Part shown: in pieces, positions 16,623 through 20,000 of the stretch
How the letters are laid out: the number at the start of each line of letters is the position of its first letter
How positions within the stretch are numbered: position 1 is the first letter of the stretch
Origin: an uncultured virus (IMG/VR IMGVR_UViG_3300031841_005832)
Taxonomy: Duplodnaviria > Heunggongvirae > Uroviricota > Caudoviricetes
Reading direction: 5' to 3' (one strand)
Length of the DNA stretch: 20,000 bases
Virus record (IMG/VR): IMGVR_UViG_3300031841_005832
Notes under the pieces: model-generated
Told to the model about the DNA's origin: nothing
What the model saw: the letters and a program-made list of their open reading frames with translations, nothing else
Databases searched by the model: none
Made by a program: the position numbers and the translations under genes

Positions 16623-17557
16623 TTGTTACGCTCCACTGAAGATGCGAGATCTTCTTCATACCAGTCAAAAGTGACCAGATTATCCAAGTTCCAAACGCTG
16701 CCGTTGTAAGAACGTTTCGGTACGAAAACCTTCACACCGTGATGGGCGTATTCTGCTGCGTTCTTGGGTGAATCATCCACGGCGAAAGAGATCGCGCCTT
16801 TCTTGAAGAAATCCTTATCTGCAAGCCAGCGGTACTTTTCTGAGGAGAACGCAACGTTATCGTAGGTGATTCCGTTTTGCCGCAACCAAAAGTGCGTATC
16901 ATAAACACACTTAAGATTATCGTGTGGGCGTGCTGTGAGTAACTGAATCCAGTAACCCTGATCCTTGAGGACCTTCAAAGAATTCGCAACACGCTCGTTC
17001 ACAGTGATTCTTCTTAATTCACCTTCATCAATGAACCGCATGAACGCTTCTTCGCCAGTGATATCACCACACATACCGTTGTAGTAATACTCAGGCATGT
17101 TTTCTGAGAGGTTCATATCGAACTCTTTGTTGATCCAATCAAAGAAACACTTTCGGAACTCACCGATCACATCATCGATATCTACCACCGCAACGGGTTG
17201 GCCGATCCAGTTACTGATGGGATTATTCTTTCGATCCCACAGGAACGCATCACGTGATTCAAACGCATCGATGATATCATCAGAACTAAAATCCCAGAGA
17301 TTTAGGGTTCCTAAGAAATAACGGAACACATCGATCGATTCATAAAGAATCTTTTGACGATCTGTTTGGGAAACATCTGAACGGTGGTCCTTGTAGTGAA
17401 CAGAATCTGCGAGTTGTGAAACTTCTGAATGTAACGCCAAACAGAACGTTTTATGCCGTTCGATCTTTTCCTCCTCGCTTAAGCGGCTGGAATCAAAGAA
17501 CTCCTCAGAGAATTTACGCTGAGTTTCTAATAAGATTTTTAGGTTATCTTTCAACAC
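16619..17557 (-). CDS. All-alpha NTP pyrophosphatase (dimeric dUTPase/MazG-like) domain fused to a HAD 5'(3')-deoxyribonucleotidase-like domain
   Basis: N-term ALHSEVSQL...YKDHR...YESIDVFRYFL; C-term VDIDDVI, LLTARP, K and AVDDSPKN HAD motifs. Confidence 0.82.
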   Translation of the reverse strand: MLKDNLKILLETQRKFSEEFFDSSRLSEEEKIERHKTFCLALHSEVSQLADSVHYKDHRSDVSQTDRQKILYESIDVFRYFLGTLNLWDFSSDDIIDAFESRDAFLWDRKNNPISNWIGQPVAVVDIDDVIGEFRKCFFDWINKEFDMNLSENMPEYYYNGMCGDITGEEAFMRFIDEGELRRITVNERVANSLKVLKDQGYWIQLLTARPHDNLKCVYDTHFWLRQNGITYDNVAFSSEKYRWLADKDFFKKGAISFAVDDSPKNAAEYAHHGVKVFVPKRSYNGSVWNLDNLVTFDWYEEDLASSVERNK

Positions 17558-17745
17558 TGATGTACCTCTTCTTTTGGAATTTCAAATAGTTCATCCCCCA
17601 TTAAAACCGTACACATCGTTTGGTTTCTTTCATTCGTTGTTTCATCAATGAGTATTCCATAACATTCGCCAGTTACAAAATGCGAGTTAGATCCGTTTTG
17701 GTTGTAGAACATACACCAAGTTCCTTCCCGTATTTTCACTAACAT
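17551..17745 (-). CDS. Small hypothetical protein
   Basis: ATG 17745 with GAGGTG SD, just downstream of the putative promoter; beta-rich 64 aa. Confidence 0.65.
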   Translation of the reverse strand: MLVKIREGTWCMFYNQNGSNSHFVTGECYGILIDETTNERNQTMCTVLMGDELFEIPKEEVHQC

Positions 17746-17761
17746 TTTCACCTCACAAATT

Positions 17762-17790
17762 ATTTTATGTACGGACCAAAACATTTACAA
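17762..17790 (-). promoter_or_regulatory. Putative promoter TTGTAA-N17-TAAAAT (= TGTAAA-N16-TAAAAT)
   Basis: Near-consensus sigma70 boxes in the divergent gap; same architecture as the dnaE promoter. Confidence 0.65.
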
Positions 17791-17805
17791 TTTTAGTGTG
17801 AAAAA

Positions 17806-18450
17806 ATGAGAGAAAAAGACGAAGAAATTTTAAACGCGGTAACTCACCTGTTAAGTGGAATTGCGTGTTTAGTTGTGATGGGTATTGTTACCCTAGATAG
17901 TAACATTCACCTCGTAGATCGAATCGCGTTTTTACCTATGATCGGAACCACAACTTGGACCTTCCTATCATCTTTCATATATCACGCCTCTGAAACTCGT
18001 TACATCAAAGAACGTAATCGCCAACTGGACAAATCCGCAATCTTCCTCATGATCCTGGGTTGTGGAGTTACCACCATTTGGACCTGTCACGATAAGATTC
18101 TCGCAATCACGTTCTCGATGATTCTTTGTACCGTTCTTTTCGCTTGTATCGCGAAGTTCTGCACCATGCGAAACTTTCCTGACTGGTTATCAGTTTCTAT
18201 CTACATCGTTGTGGGATGGATCGCAACCTTTCCCAGTTTAGGAATCTTTGCCGCTTCGGATTATACTCAACACGAAATGGTTCCTTGGGTTCTTCTTGTT
18301 GGCGGTTTCTACTGTACGGGTGTGATTTTCTATGCGCGTGATTCTGTCAAATGGTTCCATACCATCTGGCACCTGTTCGTGATGGCGGGTGCGGGAACAC
18401 ACCTCGCCACTCACATCTACGTGATGTATGCGAAATCAATACCCGTTTGA
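17806..18450 (+). CDS. Hemolysin III / PAQR-family membrane protein
   Basis: EEILNAVTH, SSFIYH, LDKSAIF, YIVVGW, GVIFY and HTIWHLFV...H; about seven hydrophobic helices. Confidence 0.92.
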   Translation: MREKDEEILNAVTHLLSGIACLVVMGIVTLDSNIHLVDRIAFLPMIGTTTWTFLSSFIYHASETRYIKERNRQLDKSAIFLMILGCGVTTIWTCHDKILAITFSMILCTVLFACIAKFCTMRNFPDWLSVSIYIVVGWIATFPSLGIFAASDYTQHEMVPWVLLVGGFYCTGVIFYARDSVKWFHTIWHLFVMAGAGTHLATHIYVMYAKSIPV

Positions 18451-18819
18451 GATACGATCTCGAATAATCTGGTCCTTCTTCCGATACGCCTCGTAGAAAT
18501 CATCCTCATTCACACCCACAAGTGCGAGAACTGAGAGGAAATAGTTGAACGCATCAACAACTTCTTCCAAGAACTCTTCCTTATCGAAATCCTGAATCTC
18601 AGTAGATCGGTGAGGTTTCCAGTTCTTCAGATGTTGTAACGCCTCAAACATTTCCTCGATACCTTTGAGTGCGGTATCCCGTAGGATTTGCTGCGATTTC
18701 TTTTCACTGATATTCACGGGCCATTCGGGATAGGTTCCCGGACGAGCCGCCTCCAGTGATTTCATAAAAGATTCTCTGAGTTCAAATAACTCAGTTAACC
18801 TGTCCTTGTTCGATTTCAT
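18436..18819 (-). CDS. All-alpha (dimeric) dUTPase/dCTPase-like NTP pyrophosphatase
   Basis: IEEMFEAL..LKNWKPHR...EEVVDAFNYF...Y.KK..I...R...GY, with intact ExxE and EExxD motifs. Confidence 0.85.
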   Translation of the reverse strand: MKSNKDRLTELFELRESFMKSLEAARPGTYPEWPVNISEKKSQQILRDTALKGIEEMFEALQHLKNWKPHRSTEIQDFDKEEFLEEVVDAFNYFLSVLALVGVNEDDFYEAYRKKDQIIRDRISNGY

Positions 18820-19027
18820 TGTTCGCCATCTCCGTTAGTTTTGCGAGGTTACTGTTGAACGTTTCAACAAACCCAGGATCAGGTTCCACGGTTCCATCAT
18901 CAGTGGTTACAACTCGCAGGGTTCGAATCTGATCTGAGATATCTGTTCCCGTCAAGATTCCCATTTGCACGAGCTGAATGATCTGTGCGATTGTTGAATC
19001 GGCCAACTTATACGTTTGAGTACTCAA
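18791..19027 (-). CDS. Hypothetical protein
   Basis: Within ORF 18791-19072; TTG at 19027 has an AAGGAG SD and follows the upstream stop directly. Confidence 0.7.
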   Translation of the reverse strand: MSTQTYKLADSTIAQIIQLVQMGILTGTDISDQIRTLRVVTTDDGTVEPDPGFVETFNSNLAKLTEMANNEIEQGQVN

Positions 19028-19028
19028 T

Positions 19029-19838
19029 TTAATCTCCTTGTTTCGCAGGGGCCCAATGTGTTGTTCTTCCATCGGGTGTTTCTAATTTTTCTACAAGATT
19101 ACCTTCTGCATCTTGTTTTCTTCCGTAACACAAAAATCTACTCGAATAATCTCCAGGTTCACCAGAGAAATTCTTGTGTGATTTAAAAGTAGCGCCGCCC
19201 GATTCAAATGAATTGGACAGAACACTCTTCAATGTTTCACACAGTAATAATAACTCATGATCCTCTAATTGTTTCACATCTTTCATAGGGTTTATTTCGG
19301 CCAACCATAACGCTTCGGCCTTCACGTAATTACCTACTCCAGCGAAGATCGATTGATCCATGAGGACCTTCGTGATGTTTTTCTTATCGTGTTCTCGGAT
19401 ACGTTGAACGAAGAACTCAGGTTCGATCCGATCAGATAAAAGATCAGGACCAAGTGATCTGAGTTTCTTGATCATCTCTTCTTTACCGTACACGAACTTC
19501 AGGGTTCCAAAGTTTCGGGTATCCTCGTAGTTCACGTAATCTCCATCGGAAAACCTGAACCTTGCCCGTACGTGTCCATCGTTAGATTTTGTCCACCTTC
19601 CGGTCATTCCCAAAGTACACCAAACGTTGAAACCTGAGTTTGTCAACATGTACATGAATTTACCGTGGCAGCCCGCACCAATAACCTTTGTAGGAAGGAC
19701 AGATTGAATCTCTGATAAACCTTCTGCCGGTTTCTTGGTATATCTACCGGAAATGATCTCGATACTCTCTAGCGTTTTGTTTGATACCACCTCAGCGAGG
19801 TCCATCGCCATTCGTTTTACTTCTGGTCCTTCAGGGAT
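19029..19838 (-). CDS. Fpg/Nei family DNA glycosylase/AP lyase, zincless-finger type
   Basis: PEGPEV, GKF, LGMTG, DTRNFG, LGPD, LMDQSIFAGVGNY (H2TH) and GRTTHW; no C4 zinc finger. Start placed at ATC 19838 because the family requires Pro2. Confidence 0.93.
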   Translation of the reverse strand: MPEGPEVKRMAMDLAEVVSNKTLESIEIISGRYTKKPAEGLSEIQSVLPTKVIGAGCHGKFMYMLTNSGFNVWCTLGMTGRWTKSNDGHVRARFRFSDGDYVNYEDTRNFGTLKFVYGKEEMIKKLRSLGPDLLSDRIEPEFFVQRIREHDKKNITKVLMDQSIFAGVGNYVKAEALWLAEINPMKDVKQLEDHELLLLCETLKSVLSNSFESGGATFKSHKNFSGEPGDYSSRFLCYGRKQDAEGNLVEKLETPDGRTTHWAPAKQGD

Positions 19839-19877
19839 GACGCACCTTCCTTTCTTGATATAGAATCTCAATGTTGT

Positions 19878-20000
19878 TCATTTTTTGTTTTCCTCACGAA
19901 ATATTCCGCTCTCTTCAGTAAGAACCATAACTTCGTATTTATTGGTGAGGATGCTCCACAACTCTTTTCCAGCAACAGAACACTCTTTTCCAAAATAACC
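19878..20000 (-). CDS. Hypothetical protein, C-terminal part only
   Basis: Open frame from the window edge (GYFGKECSVAGKELWSILTNKYEVMVLTEESGIFREENKK) ending in TGA at 19878-19880. Confidence 0.55.
   Translation of the reverse strand, partial: GYFGKECSVAGKELWSILTNKYEVMVLTEESGIFREENKK

Noticed and set aside
444..17321. The many plus-strand ORFs of 60-110 aa in the ORF track
   Set aside because: All lie antisense to longer, motif-bearing minus-strand genes and read as Ser/Phe-rich shadows with no recognisable motifs.
1..20000. Genome-wide stop-codon reassignment suggested by the internal TAA
   Set aside because: TAA, TAG and TGA all end genes at tight junctions, and long genes such as dnaE are uninterrupted in the standard code.
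1..20000. Eukaryotic giant virus (NCLDV) origin, suggested by the Nei-like and DHH genes
   Set aside because: SD sites, coupled overlapping genes, DnaE and holin/spanin-like genes point to a bacteriophage.

Overview
Gene-dense 20 kb segment that reads as part of a large (jumbo-type) bacteriophage genome: standard genetic code, Shine-Dalgarno sites, overlapping start/stop junctions, and all but one gene on the minus strand. The left part (1-8.35 kb) is a block of acidic, mostly hypothetical proteins. It includes a holin/spanin-like trio, a metal-ligand-less SOD-fold protein, a degenerate pterin dehydratase and a gene with an EETE repeat broken by one TAA. The four largest intergenic gaps in 1-10.3 kb each carry an ATAYTTA motif. 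The right part (8.4-20 kb) is a replication/nucleotide cluster around a DnaE polymerase: dCMP deaminase, DHH phosphoesterase, atypical thymidine kinase, a dNMP-kinase fused to a thymidylate-synthase-like domain carrying the dCMP-specifying Asp, a nucleoside deoxyribosyltransferase-family protein, an atypical ThyX, two all-alpha NTP pyrophosphatases (one fused to a HAD nucleotidase), a hemolysin III protein and a zincless Fpg/Nei glycosylase that appears to start at ATC. The best candidate for an undescribed system is a non-canonical pyrimidine (possibly cytosine) modification pathway feeding a phage DnaE. All family calls come from motif recognition by eye, with no database search.
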